DNA of 64,000 nt from positions 1 through 64,000 of the forward strand of contig JBBIVV010000001.1 in NCBI GenBank assembly GCA_037439545.1, written 5' to 3'. Position numbers and translations under genes: made by a program. The DNA comes from a bacterium (GTDB lineage: Bacteria > JAMCPX01). This document shows positions 8,793 to 19,713 of this stretch, one piece after another. Position 1 is the first letter of the stretch; each line of letters starts with the position of its first letter. The notes below the pieces were generated by a model, which was given only the letters and a program-made list of their open reading frames with translations, was not told where the DNA came from and did no database searches.

Positions 8793-9136
8793 ACACGCCT
8801 CCTTAAGAAAGCTTTTATTGCTGAAGATACAGGATTAAAGCACTGATATATAATTAAACAATAACGCTGTTTTGTCAATCTAAAACTGTTAAAGAAAAGA
8901 GAGTTTGAACTGGAGTGAGTAAAACACCTACGCACTGCCTGGAATTCTTCTTTGGTACCCTGCGTGGACTGCTTGTCTATCAGCGTCAAGAAGAGTCTCT
9001 GTGCATTTTTACAGCAAGCCGCTTTATCGAAGGGAGCTTTGTTTTACGAACGAAAAGGCAAATTCTCCTTTCATCAGGTAATAAACCGGTTGAAAAAACG
9101 GAGAGATGTGCTATAAATTCTAAAAAAGGGGTCGTT

Positions 9137-10885
9137 ATGAACGGTGGAACAATTATAGCGCAAATATTGCAGGAGCATGGTATCCGTCACGTATTCACGG
9201 TATGCGGCGGGCATATTTCTCCGATACTTACCGAATGCAATAAAGTCGGTATCAAGGTCATCGATGTCCGGCATGAAGTAAATGCTGTTTTTGCCGCAGA
9301 TGCAATCAGCAGGCTTACCGGTTTTCCCGGGGTTGCCGTAGTAACGGCAGGCCCCGGTGTTGCCAACAGCATTACAGCCCTTATCAACGCCGGTATGGCG
9401 CAATCGCCGCTTCTTATTTTCGGCGGTGCTTCAGCCACTGTGCTCAGAGGCAGAGGATCTCTTCAGGACATAGACCAGATATCGCTCGTCCGTCCTGTCG
9501 TAAAGAAGGTATTTGCCGTGAAGAGGAACTGTGACCTGATACCCGTTGTCGAGTCGGCGTTTGCAACCGCCATGTCCGGAGTACAAGGACCTGTATTTAT
9601 AGAGTGCCCGATAGATCTCCTGTATGACGAAGAGCTGGTAAGAAAGTGGTATGTCGTGAAGAGCTCTACCGAAGGCGGTTCTTTGCGTGACAAAATAATC
9701 TCGCTTTACCTCGAGAGACACCTTAACAAAATGTATACCTGCGACCTTGATACCATGAAACACGAAAATATCCTTCCCTCGAAGCCGGATTTAAGCGACA
9801 GTGATATTACAGATGCCCAAGGTCTGATCAACCGGGCACGACATCCGCTGATGATTGTCGGCAGCCAGGCGGTTCTCGATCCAGGCAACGTGCCTGAGCT
9901 TATACGGGCGATAACCGTATTAGGCAAACCGGTGTATCTGACGGGCATGGCACGCGGGCTCCTGGGCGCAAACCACCCCCTGCTGTTTCACCATAAACGC
10001 AATAATGCGCTTGCGGAGGCAGACCTTGTTATCCTTGCGGGTATACCGTGCGATTTCCGTCTGAATTACGGCAGGTCCATCAACCACAAGGCCACGATCA
10101 TCTCTGTAAACCGCGACAACAAGGACCTCACCCTGAACTGCAGGCCCGGATTAGCAGTGCATGCCGATCCTGCCGAGTTTCTTATTGCGTATGCCTCTGG
10201 TAAGTCCGCAGACGGTATTTCCGGCGGTAAAGGGCAGGGCAATGAATGGATCGCCGCCCTGCAGCAGAGGGAAAAGCAGCGTGAAGAGGAGATAGAGGCG
10301 CTTGCAAAAGAAAAGACCGAATACGTGAACCCCGTACTGTTGTTAAAGAAGATCGACGAGGCGATGAGCGATACCGGCGTTATCGTGGCAGACGGCGGGG
10401 ACTTTATCGGTACGGCGTCGTATATCGTGCGTCCCCGAGGACCACTCCAGTGGCTTGACCCCGGGGTGTTCGGTACGCTGGGCGTGGGCGCAGGGTTTGC
10501 CCTGGGCGCCAAGCTCCTGAATCCGGAGCGCGATGTATGGCTGTTGTGGGGTGACGGAGCAGCGGGCTACAGCCTTGTCGAATTCGACACCTTTGTCAGA
10601 CACAAGCTCCCGGTCATTGCCGTAATCGGGAACGACGCGGGATGGACACAAATAAGGCGGGACCAGGTGGAGTATCTCAGGGACGACGTTGCCACGGTAC
10701 TTCGGTATTCTGACTATCAGGGGGTAGCGGAAAGCCTGGGTGCCCGGGGGTTTATCATCAGGAGTGAAGATCAAATTGAGCCGGTCATTCAGGAGGCGGT
10801 AGAACTATCGCGAAAAGGCACACCGGTACTCATTAATGCCCTGATCGGGAAAACGGACTTCAGGAAAGGATCTATATCCATGTAA
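9137..10885 (+). CDS. Thiamine pyrophosphate-dependent enzyme (acetolactate synthase-like / ILVBL, 2-hydroxyacyl-CoA lyase-like)
   Basis: VRHEVNAVFAADA, VTAGPG, LDPGVFGTLGVG, and TPP motif GDGAAG...GND. Start moved to MNGG at 9137, after aaagggg. Confidence 0.85.
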   Translation: MNGGTIIAQILQEHGIRHVFTVCGGHISPILTECNKVGIKVIDVRHEVNAVFAADAISRLTGFPGVAVVTAGPGVANSITALINAGMAQSPLLIFGGASATVLRGRGSLQDIDQISLVRPVVKKVFAVKRNCDLIPVVESAFATAMSGVQGPVFIECPIDLLYDEELVRKWYVVKSSTEGGSLRDKIISLYLERHLNKMYTCDLDTMKHENILPSKPDLSDSDITDAQGLINRARHPLMIVGSQAVLDPGNVPELIRAITVLGKPVYLTGMARGLLGANHPLLFHHKRNNALAEADLVILAGIPCDFRLNYGRSINHKATIISVNRDNKDLTLNCRPGLAVHADPAEFLIAYASGKSADGISGGKGQGNEWIAALQQREKQREEEIEALAKEKTEYVNPVLLLKKIDEAMSDTGVIVADGGDFIGTASYIVRPRGPLQWLDPGVFGTLGVGAGFALGAKLLNPERDVWLLWGDGAAGYSLVEFDTFVRHKLPVIAVIGNDAGWTQIRRDQVEYLRDDVATVLRYSDYQGVAESLGARGFIIRSEDQIEPVIQEAVELSRKGTPVLINALIGKTDFRKGSISM

Positions 10886-10965
10886 TCTGGATTTATTTGC
10901 TTGCATTTAACCCTTTTTGTTGATTTGATTTACATTTGTATTATTAATTTATCAGGAGGTTAGAT

Positions 10966-11274
10966 ATGCAGCAAAATCAGGAACCAAAGAAAGATGCAGG
11001 TATTCAGATCCAGCTCGATGAAGCTACTGCGCAGGGTATTTATGCGAACCTTGCCCTGATAAATCATACGGAAACAGAATTTATACTTGATTTCATTTAT
11101 GTACAGCCTCAGGCACCGCAGGGTAAGGTGAGAAGCAGGGTCCTGACAAGCCCTATCCACATGAAGCGTCTGCTGAATGCATTGGCTGAGAACATGAAAA
11201 AATATGAAGAAAGATTCGGTGAAATAAAATTGGCACAGGAACCGCAAACGCAGAAAATAGGATTTTTACAGTAG
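10966..11274 (+). CDS. DUF3467 family protein
   Basis: GIYANLALINHTETEFILDF..VRSRVLTSPIHMKRL pattern; RBS aggagg. Confidence 0.8.
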   Translation: MQQNQEPKKDAGIQIQLDEATAQGIYANLALINHTETEFILDFIYVQPQAPQGKVRSRVLTSPIHMKRLLNALAENMKKYEERFGEIKLAQEPQTQKIGFLQ

Positions 11275-11277
11275 ACT

Positions 11278-12243
11278 ATGGGTATAAAAGATTCTGTATC
11301 AAGAGACCTTGATGCAGTAAACAGGTATATAAACAAGCATATTGAGCATAAGATTCCTCCCATTACCCATATAGGTCGTCATCTTATAGGGAGCGGCGGG
11401 AAGAGGATTAGACCTTATCTCGTCATCATGACATCGAGGATATTCGATGTCCCGGCAGACGATTATGTCAGGGTTGCGGCAGCAATAGAGATGTATCATT
11501 CGGCATCATTACTCCATGACGATGTCGTCGATAATGCCAGCCAGAGACGGGGTAATCCATCTGCGAACAATATATGGGGCAATAAGAGCAGTGTCCTGGT
11601 AGGAGATTTTCTTCTTGCGAGTTCATCGTCTATCATTACCGGTATGAAGGACAATCACTTGCTCGCCCTTTTTATAAAGGTGCTGAGCCTGATGGCAGAA
11701 GGAGAGCTTGTCCAGCTCGGTATGAGCCGTGACATCAGACTGACGCAGAAGGACTATTATACCATCATAAAAAAGAAGACCGCTTACCTTTTTTCCCTGT
11801 CCTGCGAAAGCGGTGCAATCATGGGCAAGGTCCCGGACATAGTGAGGTACAGAATGCGCCAGTTCGGGCTTTTACTCGGTATTGCTTTTCAGCTTATCGA
11901 TGATAATATCGATTATACTTCATCCGCGAGGTTATCCGGCAAAAAGAGGGGCGTTGATCTCAAAGAGGGTAAAATAACGTTACCCATGATCATTGCGATT
12001 TCAAACGCGGGCAAAAAGGAAAAAAACGTATTAAAGGAAGCACTCTCCGGGGGTGCAGGAGATGGTGATTCTTTTAAAAAGGTATACAGAATAATAGAAA
12101 AATACCACGGGTTCGAATATACTAAAAAAAGGGCGGAGAATTTTGCGCACAAGGCTTTCGGCTTGCTTAATGAAATGCCGTTTTCTCCGGAACTCGAAGA
12201 GTTAAAAAAATTTACCATTGCCGTCGTGGAAAGAAAATCCTAA
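11278..12243 (+). CDS. ispB: Long-chain polyprenyl diphosphate synthase (IspB-like)
   Basis: GGKRIRP, first DDxxD (LHDDVVD..QRRG), KTA, second motif FQLIDD. Confidence 0.85.
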   Translation: MGIKDSVSRDLDAVNRYINKHIEHKIPPITHIGRHLIGSGGKRIRPYLVIMTSRIFDVPADDYVRVAAAIEMYHSASLLHDDVVDNASQRRGNPSANNIWGNKSSVLVGDFLLASSSSIITGMKDNHLLALFIKVLSLMAEGELVQLGMSRDIRLTQKDYYTIIKKKTAYLFSLSCESGAIMGKVPDIVRYRMRQFGLLLGIAFQLIDDNIDYTSSARLSGKKRGVDLKEGKITLPMIIAISNAGKKEKNVLKEALSGGAGDGDSFKKVYRIIEKYHGFEYTKKRAENFAHKAFGLLNEMPFSPELEELKKFTIAVVERKS

Positions 12244-12282
12244 TCTTAAATAGTGATTCATGTACAAAAGTTCCCGGCCCTC

Positions 12283-12303
12283 CCTCTCCCTGCAAGGGAG
12301 AGG
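12283..12303. repeat. REP-like intergenic hairpin upstream of gyrA
   Basis: cctctccct-gca-agggagagg perfect 9 bp stem, no poly-T tail. Confidence 0.5.
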
Positions 12304-12379
12304 ACGGAACACCCATCGGGCACCGGGCGAAGCTTCTGCCGGATGGGTTATGAGGAGAAATTGGAGGTTTTAAATTAAA

Positions 12380-14845
12380 ATGACTGAGCCGTATACCAAT
12401 ATTGTAATCGCAGACATTGAAGATGAAATGAAGCGCTCGTATCTCGACTTTGCGATGAGCGTGATCATCGGCAGGGCACTTCCGGACGTAAGGGACGGTT
12501 TGAAACCTGTGCATAGGAGGATCCTTTTTGCCATGCTCGATCTCGGGAACACGCATGATAAGGCGTATAAGAAATCAGCGAGGGTCGTCGGTGATGTAAT
12601 CGGTAAGTATCATCCCCACGGTGATGTTGCCGTGTATGATACGCTGGTGAGGTTGGCACAGGATTTTACCATGAGGTATCCGCTTGTCGATGGCCAGGGT
12701 AATTTCGGTTCTATAGACGGGGACCCTCCTGCAGCTATGAGGTACACAGAGGTCAGGATGCAGAAACTGTCGGAGGAAATGCTCGCTGACATTGAAAAGC
12801 AGACCGTGGATTTCGCTCCAAACTATGACAATACCCTGCAGGAACCTTCGATACTGCCTGCCAAGTTCCCGAACCTTCTGGTCAACGGCTCATCGGGAAT
12901 TGCGGTCGGTATGGCTACAAACATCCCGCCCCATAACCTTACCGAGGTCATCGATGCTATCACAGCGCTGATCAATAAGCCCGACATCGATGTCGCAGGT
13001 CTTATGAAATATATACCGGGGCCTGACTTCCCGTCCGGTGCATTCATCACTGGGTTGGAACAGATAAAAGAGGCGTATGTAACAGGCAGGGGTGTCATCA
13101 AAATGCGGGCAAGGGTCATCGTAGAGAAAGCGAAGGGCGAGCGTGAGAACATTATCATAACAGAGCTGCCCTACATGGTGAACAAGGCAAAGCTTGTCGA
13201 GAAAATTGCGCAGCTTGTCAATGACAAGGAGATTGAAGGCATCAGCGATATAAGGGACGAATCGGACCGGGAGGGCTTGCGGGTCGTCATAGAATTGAAG
13301 AAGGACGAATATCCCGATATCATCCTGAACAAGCTGTACAAGCATACGCAGCTTGAAGAATCCTTCGGAATAATACTGCTGGCAATAGACCACGGCAAGC
13401 CTGTTATCATGTCGTTGAAGGACATTCTCGTCAGGTTTATTGAATTCAGGAAAGAGGTCGTTACACGGAGGACGCTGTTCGATCTCAGGAAGGCGGAAGA
13501 ACACCTGCACATACTCGAGGGGCTGAAGAAGGCGATAGAGAACATAGATGAAGTCATAGCTACCATCAAGAGATCGAAGAGCACTGCCGAGGCAGAGGCG
13601 CAGCTTATGAAGCGCTTTGATTTCTCAACTATTCAGGCAAAGGCGATCCTCGAGATGAGGCTGCAGAGATTGACTGCCATGGAGATCGAGAAGCTGATCG
13701 CAGAGTATAAGGAGACGGAGAAGGACATCAAGAGGTTTAAACGCATACTTTCCGATGAAAAAGAGCTGATGGGCATTATCGCTGCAGAGCTCGAGGACAT
13801 CAAGAGCAGGTTCGGCAACGAGCGGAGGACAGAGCTTGTCGGCCAGGCAAAAGATATAAATATAGAAGATCTCATAGCGAATGAGGAAATGATCGTTACG
13901 GTGAGCAACAAAGGGTATATCAAGCGGAACCCGGTGAGCCTGTACAGGGCACAGAAGCGTGGCGGCAAAGGCAAGACAGCCTCTGGTATCAAGGAAGAGG
14001 ATTTCATAGAGAACCTTTTCGTGGCTTCTGCCCACAGCTATATCCTGTTCTTTACGGACAAAGGAAGGGTATATTGGCTCAAGGTCTATGAGATACCGCA
14101 GGCGGGCAGGGCATCGAGCGGTAAGCCCATTGTCGGCCTCCTGAATCTGTCGGAAGGTGAAAAACTTACCACCTATGTGCCGGTGAAAGACCTGTCTGAG
14201 CCTTTGTTCCTGCTTATGGCAACACGCAAGGGCTACCTTAAGAAAACTGCATTGTCCATGTATTCAAACCCGAGGTCAGGCGGCATTATAGCCATTAACC
14301 TCGAGCCTGACGACAGACTTATCGATGTGAGGCTTACCGACGACAAACAGGAATTGATACTTTCCACAAAACAGGGCATGGCGATACGCTTTCCCGAAAC
14401 ACAGGTCAGGACCGTCGGAAGGGCTGCCTATGGAGTAAAAGGCATGACCCTTGACAAGGATGATGAGGTTATAGCTATGGACATGCTGGAACAGGATGCA
14501 ACGGTGCTGACTGTTACGGAAAATGGATACGGCAAGAGGACGAAGATCCCTGCATACAGGTTGCAGAGAAGGGCAGGAAAAGGCACAATTAATGTAAAGA
14601 CTACACAAAAAACAGGCTCTGCAATCTCTGTAATAAAGGTGAACGACGATGACGATATCTTTATCATAACGAACACCGGCAGGCTGATAAGAATCAACGT
14701 GAAAGATATATCCATTATCGGCAGGAATACGCAGGGAATAAGACTCATACAGCTTGAGCCGGGTGAAAATGTAACAAAAGCGGTACGTATCGTCGAGAAA
14801 GAGGATAACGGCGAGGGCGACGACAACGGGGACGAAGCCGCATAA
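12380..14845 (+). CDS. gyrA: DNA gyrase subunit A
   Basis: [29 protein letters not shown] (catalytic Tyr), GyrA box QKRGGKG, C-terminal pinwheel repeats. Confidence 0.98.
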   Translation: MTEPYTNIVIADIEDEMKRSYLDFAMSVIIGRALPDVRDGLKPVHRRILFAMLDLGNTHDKAYKKSARVVGDVIGKYHPHGDVAVYDTLVRLAQDFTMRYPLVDGQGNFGSIDGDPPAAMRYTEVRMQKLSEEMLADIEKQTVDFAPNYDNTLQEPSILPAKFPNLLVNGSSGIAVGMATNIPPHNLTEVIDAITALINKPDIDVAGLMKYIPGPDFPSGAFITGLEQIKEAYVTGRGVIKMRARVIVEKAKGERENIIITELPYMVNKAKLVEKIAQLVNDKEIEGISDIRDESDREGLRVVIELKKDEYPDIILNKLYKHTQLEESFGIILLAIDHGKPVIMSLKDILVRFIEFRKEVVTRRTLFDLRKAEEHLHILEGLKKAIENIDEVIATIKRSKSTAEAEAQLMKRFDFSTIQAKAILEMRLQRLTAMEIEKLIAEYKETEKDIKRFKRILSDEKELMGIIAAELEDIKSRFGNERRTELVGQAKDINIEDLIANEEMIVTVSNKGYIKRNPVSLYRAQKRGGKGKTASGIKEEDFIENLFVASAHSYILFFTDKGRVYWLKVYEIPQAGRASSGKPIVGLLNLSEGEKLTTYVPVKDLSEPLFLLMATRKGYLKKTALSMYSNPRSGGIIAINLEPDDRLIDVRLTDDKQELILSTKQGMAIRFPETQVRTVGRAAYGVKGMTLDKDDEVIAMDMLEQDATVLTVTENGYGKRTKIPAYRLQRRAGKGTINVKTTQKTGSAISVIKVNDDDDIFIITNTGRLIRINVKDISIIGRNTQGIRLIQLEPGENVTKAVRIVEKEDNGEGDDNGDEAA

Positions 14846-14856
14846 TAAAACAGGTA

Positions 14857-15663
14857 ATGCGTTATTTCAAACTGAGAGTTATCCTTGCACTGCTGCTTGC
14901 AGCAGGCGGTATTTATTATGCAGTATCCTGCAGCAGTGACAAACCTGAACAGCTTTATACAACGGCTATCAATGCCGCCGCAAAGGGTGACATAGAACGA
15001 GCGGAAAGCATCTATAAACTCATCGTACAAAGGTATCCGAACAGTCCGGTAAGGAAGGATGCGCTCTATCAGCTCGGTGTGCTCGATTATCTTTACCTGA
15101 ATGACTACCCGACTGCACTTGAACATTTCTATGACCTTGTATATACGTACCCGCATTATAAGCATACGTTCGATGCGTACCTTTATATAGCCAGGATATA
15201 CATAGAACAACAGGGCATGCCGCAAAAAGGCATAGAGACCTATGAAAAGCTGTTGAACACGACGACGTCTGAAGATAATCTGAAGTACTTGCTGCCGAAA
15301 CTCGCCGTGGAATATGAGAGTGCCGGGAATCTGGCAAAGGCGATAGTCTGCTATGAAAGGTTGATCAAGCTTTATAAAAAACCGGCAGCGAATTACCTCT
15401 ACGAATATGGTTACCTGAAATATCTGGCTGGCCATTACAATGAGGCGATCAAAGATTTCCAGAATCTGAATACCCTGTATCCCAACACCTCTTACAGTGT
15501 GTCTGCCCGGATTGCAATGGCGGATTGCTATGAAGAAACAGGCAGGTCCGAAGAAGCGTTGTCGCTGCTGAATAATCTCAAATCAGCATATCCGACCCAG
15601 ACTTCGATCATCGGTATAAAAATAGACAGCATCACGAAAAGGCTGAAGAACAAAAAGAAGTAA
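14857..15663 (+). CDS. TPR-repeat periplasmic/lipoprotein (BamD/CpoB-like repeats)
   Basis: Signal-like N-terminus with AVSC; repeated YPNS..KDALYQLG / YPNT..ARIAMADCY motifs. Confidence 0.75.
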   Translation: MRYFKLRVILALLLAAGGIYYAVSCSSDKPEQLYTTAINAAAKGDIERAESIYKLIVQRYPNSPVRKDALYQLGVLDYLYLNDYPTALEHFYDLVYTYPHYKHTFDAYLYIARIYIEQQGMPQKGIETYEKLLNTTTSEDNLKYLLPKLAVEYESAGNLAKAIVCYERLIKLYKKPAANYLYEYGYLKYLAGHYNEAIKDFQNLNTLYPNTSYSVSARIAMADCYEETGRSEEALSLLNNLKSAYPTQTSIIGIKIDSITKRLKNKKK

Positions 15664-15715
15664 TGCTCCGGCGTGTATGCTTGTTCTTTTTTGACGGGGC
15701 TGATATGATATTTTC

Positions 15716-16105
15716 ATGACCGATAAAACGGACAATAAGACCCTGAACCATCTGCTTGCTACCCTGTCGCTGATTATCGGTTATCAAGGCAATGAGCAGT
15801 TGTATCATGCGTGGCGCGTCGCAATAGTGGCAAAGTATATCTGCGATGAAATCAATCCGAAAGATGCACCGTGGCTCTTTTGTGCCGGTCTGCTCCATGA
15901 TGTGGGCATAACGGGCATAGGGAACCATCCTGCACAGCATCCGGAGATCAGGAATGACGACATGTCTTACTGGCTGAGATACCATCCTATAATAGGTGCA
16001 AAGATTGTACATAAAATACCGGGGTCCTTCAATTATCGTGTATTTTATGCGACAATGATTAAAAAATGGAGGAACTATGGGTATAATCGAATACAAAAAA
16101 AATAA
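15716..16105 (+). pseudogene. Truncated HD-GYP-type HD-domain gene (N-terminal half)
   Basis: YHAWRVA...AGLLHDVG...HPIIGAKIV present. HHE/DGxGYP half absent; the frame runs into unrelated sequence. Confidence 0.65.
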
Positions 16106-16859
16106 AGCACTTTGTATTATTACCATGAACAGACCCGATGCCATGAACGCCATAAACGCTGAACTCGGTAATGCACTCTTGAAGGCACTTGTCGAAGCCG
16201 AGCATGATAAAGAAGTAAGGGCACTCCTGCTTACCGGTGCAGGAAAGGCGTTTTCAAGCGGTGGAGATGTGAAGGCGATGCTTGCAAGTTCCGAGCCAAG
16301 GGGCAGGTTCTTTAAGGAACTCACGGTGTATCTTAACGGCATTATCAATACGATAATGATGATGCGTAAACCGATCATTGCAGGAATGAACGGATCTGCT
16401 GCCGGGGCAGGGGTGAGCCTTGCACTTGCATGCGATCTTGTAACTGCAGCTCAATCCTCACGATTCAATCTTGCGTATACAAAAATTGGACTCACACCTG
16501 ATGGCGGTGCAACAGCCATGCTTGCGTACCATGCAGGGCCCAAAAGGGCGATGGAATACATTATGTTAAACCCTGATATCAGTGCACAGCAGGCACTGGA
16601 GACGGGGCTTATAAACAGAGTGTTTGACGATCGTACGTTCATGGAACAGACGATATCGTTTGCGCAAGTCATTGCCGATGGTCCTACGATTGCCTTCGCT
16701 TATGCAAAGCGTAATGTGAACCATACCTACCCCGGTCCACTGGAACGTACGCTCGAACTTGAACGTGAAGGTATAGCAGCATGCGGTTCCACAGAGGATT
16801 TTAAAGAGGCAGGTGCAGCCTTCGTAGAAAAACGCACGCCGGTCTTCAAAGGCAGATAA
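16077..16859 (+). CDS. Enoyl-CoA hydratase/isomerase (PaaG-like crotonase)
   Basis: ITMNRPDAMNA, FSSGGD, NGSAAGAGVSLALACD, IGLTPDGG. Confidence 0.9.
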   Translation: MGIIEYKKNKALCIITMNRPDAMNAINAELGNALLKALVEAEHDKEVRALLLTGAGKAFSSGGDVKAMLASSEPRGRFFKELTVYLNGIINTIMMMRKPIIAGMNGSAAGAGVSLALACDLVTAAQSSRFNLAYTKIGLTPDGGATAMLAYHAGPKRAMEYIMLNPDISAQQALETGLINRVFDDRTFMEQTISFAQVIADGPTIAFAYAKRNVNHTYPGPLERTLELEREGIAACGSTEDFKEAGAAFVEKRTPVFKGR

Positions 16860-16884
16860 GACAACCGGATGCCTTTTTTAAACG

Positions 16885-18213
16885 ATGAATTATCTAAAGC
16901 TTAAGGATGGGGACACGGTAGCGATCCTCGGGGGCGGTCCTGCGGGCAGTTTTTTTGCCATACACATAAAAGAGCTTTCAAAAAAGCATGGGCTTGAACT
17001 GAAGGTGATCATCATTGAGCGGAAATCTTTCGTTACTCACGGCCCGGTAGGATGCAACATGTGTGCAGGCGTTCTCGGGGGAAACATCGTCAACATGATC
17101 TCGGGGCTCGATATCAAATGGGACAGCAGGGTGATACGGCAGAATGTCGAAGCGTTTAAGATCAATATCCATGGCAGAGATGCGCTGATAAAAAGGCCCC
17201 GGGCAAAGGTTTATACGGTTTTCAGAGGCGTAGGCCCGCGTGCTGAATCCTCGTCTGAGGGTTTCATAGGGTTTGATGCATTCTTACTCGAAGAGGCAAA
17301 AAAGACAGGTGCTCTTGTAATAAACGGAACGATAATGGATGTAATTGTCCCGCAAAATCCTGTGACCGATCAATCCACTGTTATCTATCATGACGAAAGA
17401 AATGAGCCCCATGAACTGAAAGCAGCACTCATAGCCGGGGCATTCGGGGTGAATTCAAATCTGAGCAAAAAATTCAGCTTCGGTTATCGTGAACCGGAGT
17501 ACTGGCATACATGCCAGACAGAGCTTATGGCAGACGCCGGCAGTGATGTCACAAGATACATAAACATCTATTCGAGAAAGCATTCGAAATTTTTGTTTAC
17601 CGCCATGACCCCCAAGGGACGTTATGTGACGGTCAGCGGCATAGGCAAACATGTGAAATTCTCCGAATTAATGGAAGAGTTAAAAATTCAGCACCTTGAT
17701 TCAATCATGAACATGAACCTGACTCCCGTATGCCACTGTCATCCGAGGCTCCCGGTAACCGCAGCAGTCAAGCCGTTTTACACGAGGGTTGTCATGGTCG
17801 GTGATGCAGGCGTATCACGGTATATGAAAAACGGCATAGAATCGGCATTCATCACATCGAAATCAGCTGCAGAAACGGCACTATTGCACGGTATCGACGA
17901 GGCTGCATTCAGGGACACCTATTACCCAGAATGTATCATGAAGTTTGTCCATGATAACCGGTTCGGCAGGGTCATGTTTTTTATTCATGAAGCAGACACT
18001 TACAGCAGTCGTATCGGTAATGCGGTCCTTTCCATAATCAATGCGGAAGGGAAGGCGCCTATCGAAAGACAATGGATGTCAAATATCACCTGGCACATGT
18101 TTATCGGTGATATGCCCTACCGGTTGATTCTGAAAAGCGTATTGAACTTTTCCGGACTTGTGAAGCTATTCTTAATAATTATCGGTATAAGAAAGGGAAG
18201 GCATGAAGGATGA
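16885..18213 (+). CDS. FAD-dependent oxidoreductase, geranylgeranyl reductase-like (paralog 1)
   Basis: ILGGGPAGS Rossmann motif, GCNMCAG, TPKG, VMVGDAG...NGIESA. Confidence 0.8.
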   Translation: MNYLKLKDGDTVAILGGGPAGSFFAIHIKELSKKHGLELKVIIIERKSFVTHGPVGCNMCAGVLGGNIVNMISGLDIKWDSRVIRQNVEAFKINIHGRDALIKRPRAKVYTVFRGVGPRAESSSEGFIGFDAFLLEEAKKTGALVINGTIMDVIVPQNPVTDQSTVIYHDERNEPHELKAALIAGAFGVNSNLSKKFSFGYREPEYWHTCQTELMADAGSDVTRYINIYSRKHSKFLFTAMTPKGRYVTVSGIGKHVKFSELMEELKIQHLDSIMNMNLTPVCHCHPRLPVTAAVKPFYTRVVMVGDAGVSRYMKNGIESAFITSKSAAETALLHGIDEAAFRDTYYPECIMKFVHDNRFGRVMFFIHEADTYSSRIGNAVLSIINAEGKAPIERQWMSNITWHMFIGDMPYRLILKSVLNFSGLVKLFLIIIGIRKGRHEG

Positions 18214-19468
18214 TAATTTAAAGATTGTCGACGGCTCCACGATTGCTATTATCGGAGGTGGACCCGCAGGCTGTGCAACGGCAATTAAGCTGATAAGGGA
18301 AGCCGGGAAGAAGGGGATAGCCATACAGGTGATTATATTCGAGGGCAAGGATTTCGATCGTCATTATAACCAGTGTGTGGGAGTGCTTTCACATCCCATT
18401 ACGCAGCTTTTCGAGGAAAGACTTGAAATGCCGTTTCCCGGGCACCTTATAAAGCGGGAAATTTCGGGCTATGTTCTGCACTCCCGTGACAACGGCCTGC
18501 TGGAACTTTCCGGTGAAAGGGGCACATATGCAACCAGGAGGATCCTGTTTGACCGGTTCATGCTCCTGACAGCGCAGGACATGGGCGTCAAGGTGATAAG
18601 GTCGAGGGTAACGGGTATCGAGTTCAACAGAAGCGACAGTGTAAAGATATATACGGAAGACAAGTTTTTGAAAGCCGATGCAGTAGTCGCTGCATTCGGC
18701 ATCGATGATGGAATTGCAGATGCGATAGAGCATGCGTCACTCCATGCATTTTCTTATAAAAAGCCGCCGAAGGTCCTCGATACACTTGTCGCAAAGGTGC
18801 ACATTGACTTAAAAGTTCTGCAAGAACGCTTTGGCAGCAAGATCCACGCCTTTATACCACTCGAGCTGAAGAAGATAGAATTTGGTGCAATTACTCCAAA
18901 GGGCGACCACATCATTATAAATATTGCAGGCAGGAACCTCGTATCTGCTGACATGGATGACTTCCTCCTGTATCCGCCTGTCAAAAATCTTATCAATGAT
19001 CTGAATCTCCAGGGGCTTGACTATTACAAAGGCAAGTATCCGATAAGACCTGCAAAGGGGATCATCGGTGACCGGTTTATTGCAGTAGGTGATGCGACAG
19101 GCCTGATAAGACCGTACAAAGGAAAGGGGATCAACGTGGCGCTGGAAACAGGGGCAAAGGCAGCAGAAATAATGATCCATGACGGTGTATCAGCCTCTGC
19201 ACTCTCGGCTTATGTGAAGGCATTCGATCACCTCTATTCAGATTTTCTATACGGCAGGATCTTTCGATTGCTTGTCATGGTTTCCATTAAAACAGGTTTT
19301 ATCGAGCGCATCCTGAGTATGGCAAAAACCGATCCCCGTCTCAGGGGCATACTTTTCAAGGTTGTTTCAGGCGAGGGGACCTACCGTGAAGTCGTGCAAG
19401 AGATCTTCGGTATCAAAGAGGTCTCCAGGCTCGGTTATAATTTTTTCAGGCACCTCATTCTCCGGTGA
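18203..19468 (+). CDS. FAD-dependent oxidoreductase, geranylgeranyl reductase-like (paralog 2)
   Basis: IIGGGPAGC, NQCVG, TPKG, AVGDATG.IRPYKGKGIN; overlaps paralog 1 by 11 nt. Confidence 0.8.
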   Translation: MKDDNLKIVDGSTIAIIGGGPAGCATAIKLIREAGKKGIAIQVIIFEGKDFDRHYNQCVGVLSHPITQLFEERLEMPFPGHLIKREISGYVLHSRDNGLLELSGERGTYATRRILFDRFMLLTAQDMGVKVIRSRVTGIEFNRSDSVKIYTEDKFLKADAVVAAFGIDDGIADAIEHASLHAFSYKKPPKVLDTLVAKVHIDLKVLQERFGSKIHAFIPLELKKIEFGAITPKGDHIIINIAGRNLVSADMDDFLLYPPVKNLINDLNLQGLDYYKGKYPIRPAKGIIGDRFIAVGDATGLIRPYKGKGINVALETGAKAAEIMIHDGVSASALSAYVKAFDHLYSDFLYGRIFRLLVMVSIKTGFIERILSMAKTDPRLRGILFKVVSGEGTYREVVQEIFGIKEVSRLGYNFFRHLILR

Positions 19469-19700
19469 GCAGTGAAACGCCCAACCCGGCCCGTCTGATG
19501 AGCCATGGCGATGGGAGATAGAGCGGGTCCTGAGAGAACTGATTGTAAATGGATTCCGAGACGGGAACGGTAACGTCGAGTCCCGTCAAATCCATAAGCT
19601 CAAAAGGACCCAGGGGGAACCTGCACGTTTCCTTCAAGATATTGCCCATGGTACCTGCTCCAATTATTCCCATGACAACAGGCTTATCTTGAAAAACCAT
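19455..19700 (-). pseudogene. Internally deleted 3-hydroxyacyl-CoA dehydrogenase (PaaH/FadB-like)
   Basis: N-terminal GIIGAGTMG joined directly to the dimerisation-domain motif FPLGPFELMDLTGLDV; RBS retained. Confidence 0.8.
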
Positions 19701-19713
19701 ATTCCACGCTCCT

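Noticed and set aside
8915..9136. N-terminal extension of the TPP enzyme, or a riboswitch (ggcaaa motif) in this leader
   Set aside because: Family similarity starts at MNGG (9137). I could not fit TPP or c-di-GMP riboswitch consensus elements.
14428..15435. 335 aa minus-strand ORF
   Set aside because: Antisense shadow of gyrA and the TPR gene. The same applies to the long antisense ORFs at 12890, 29599, 56765 and 57192.
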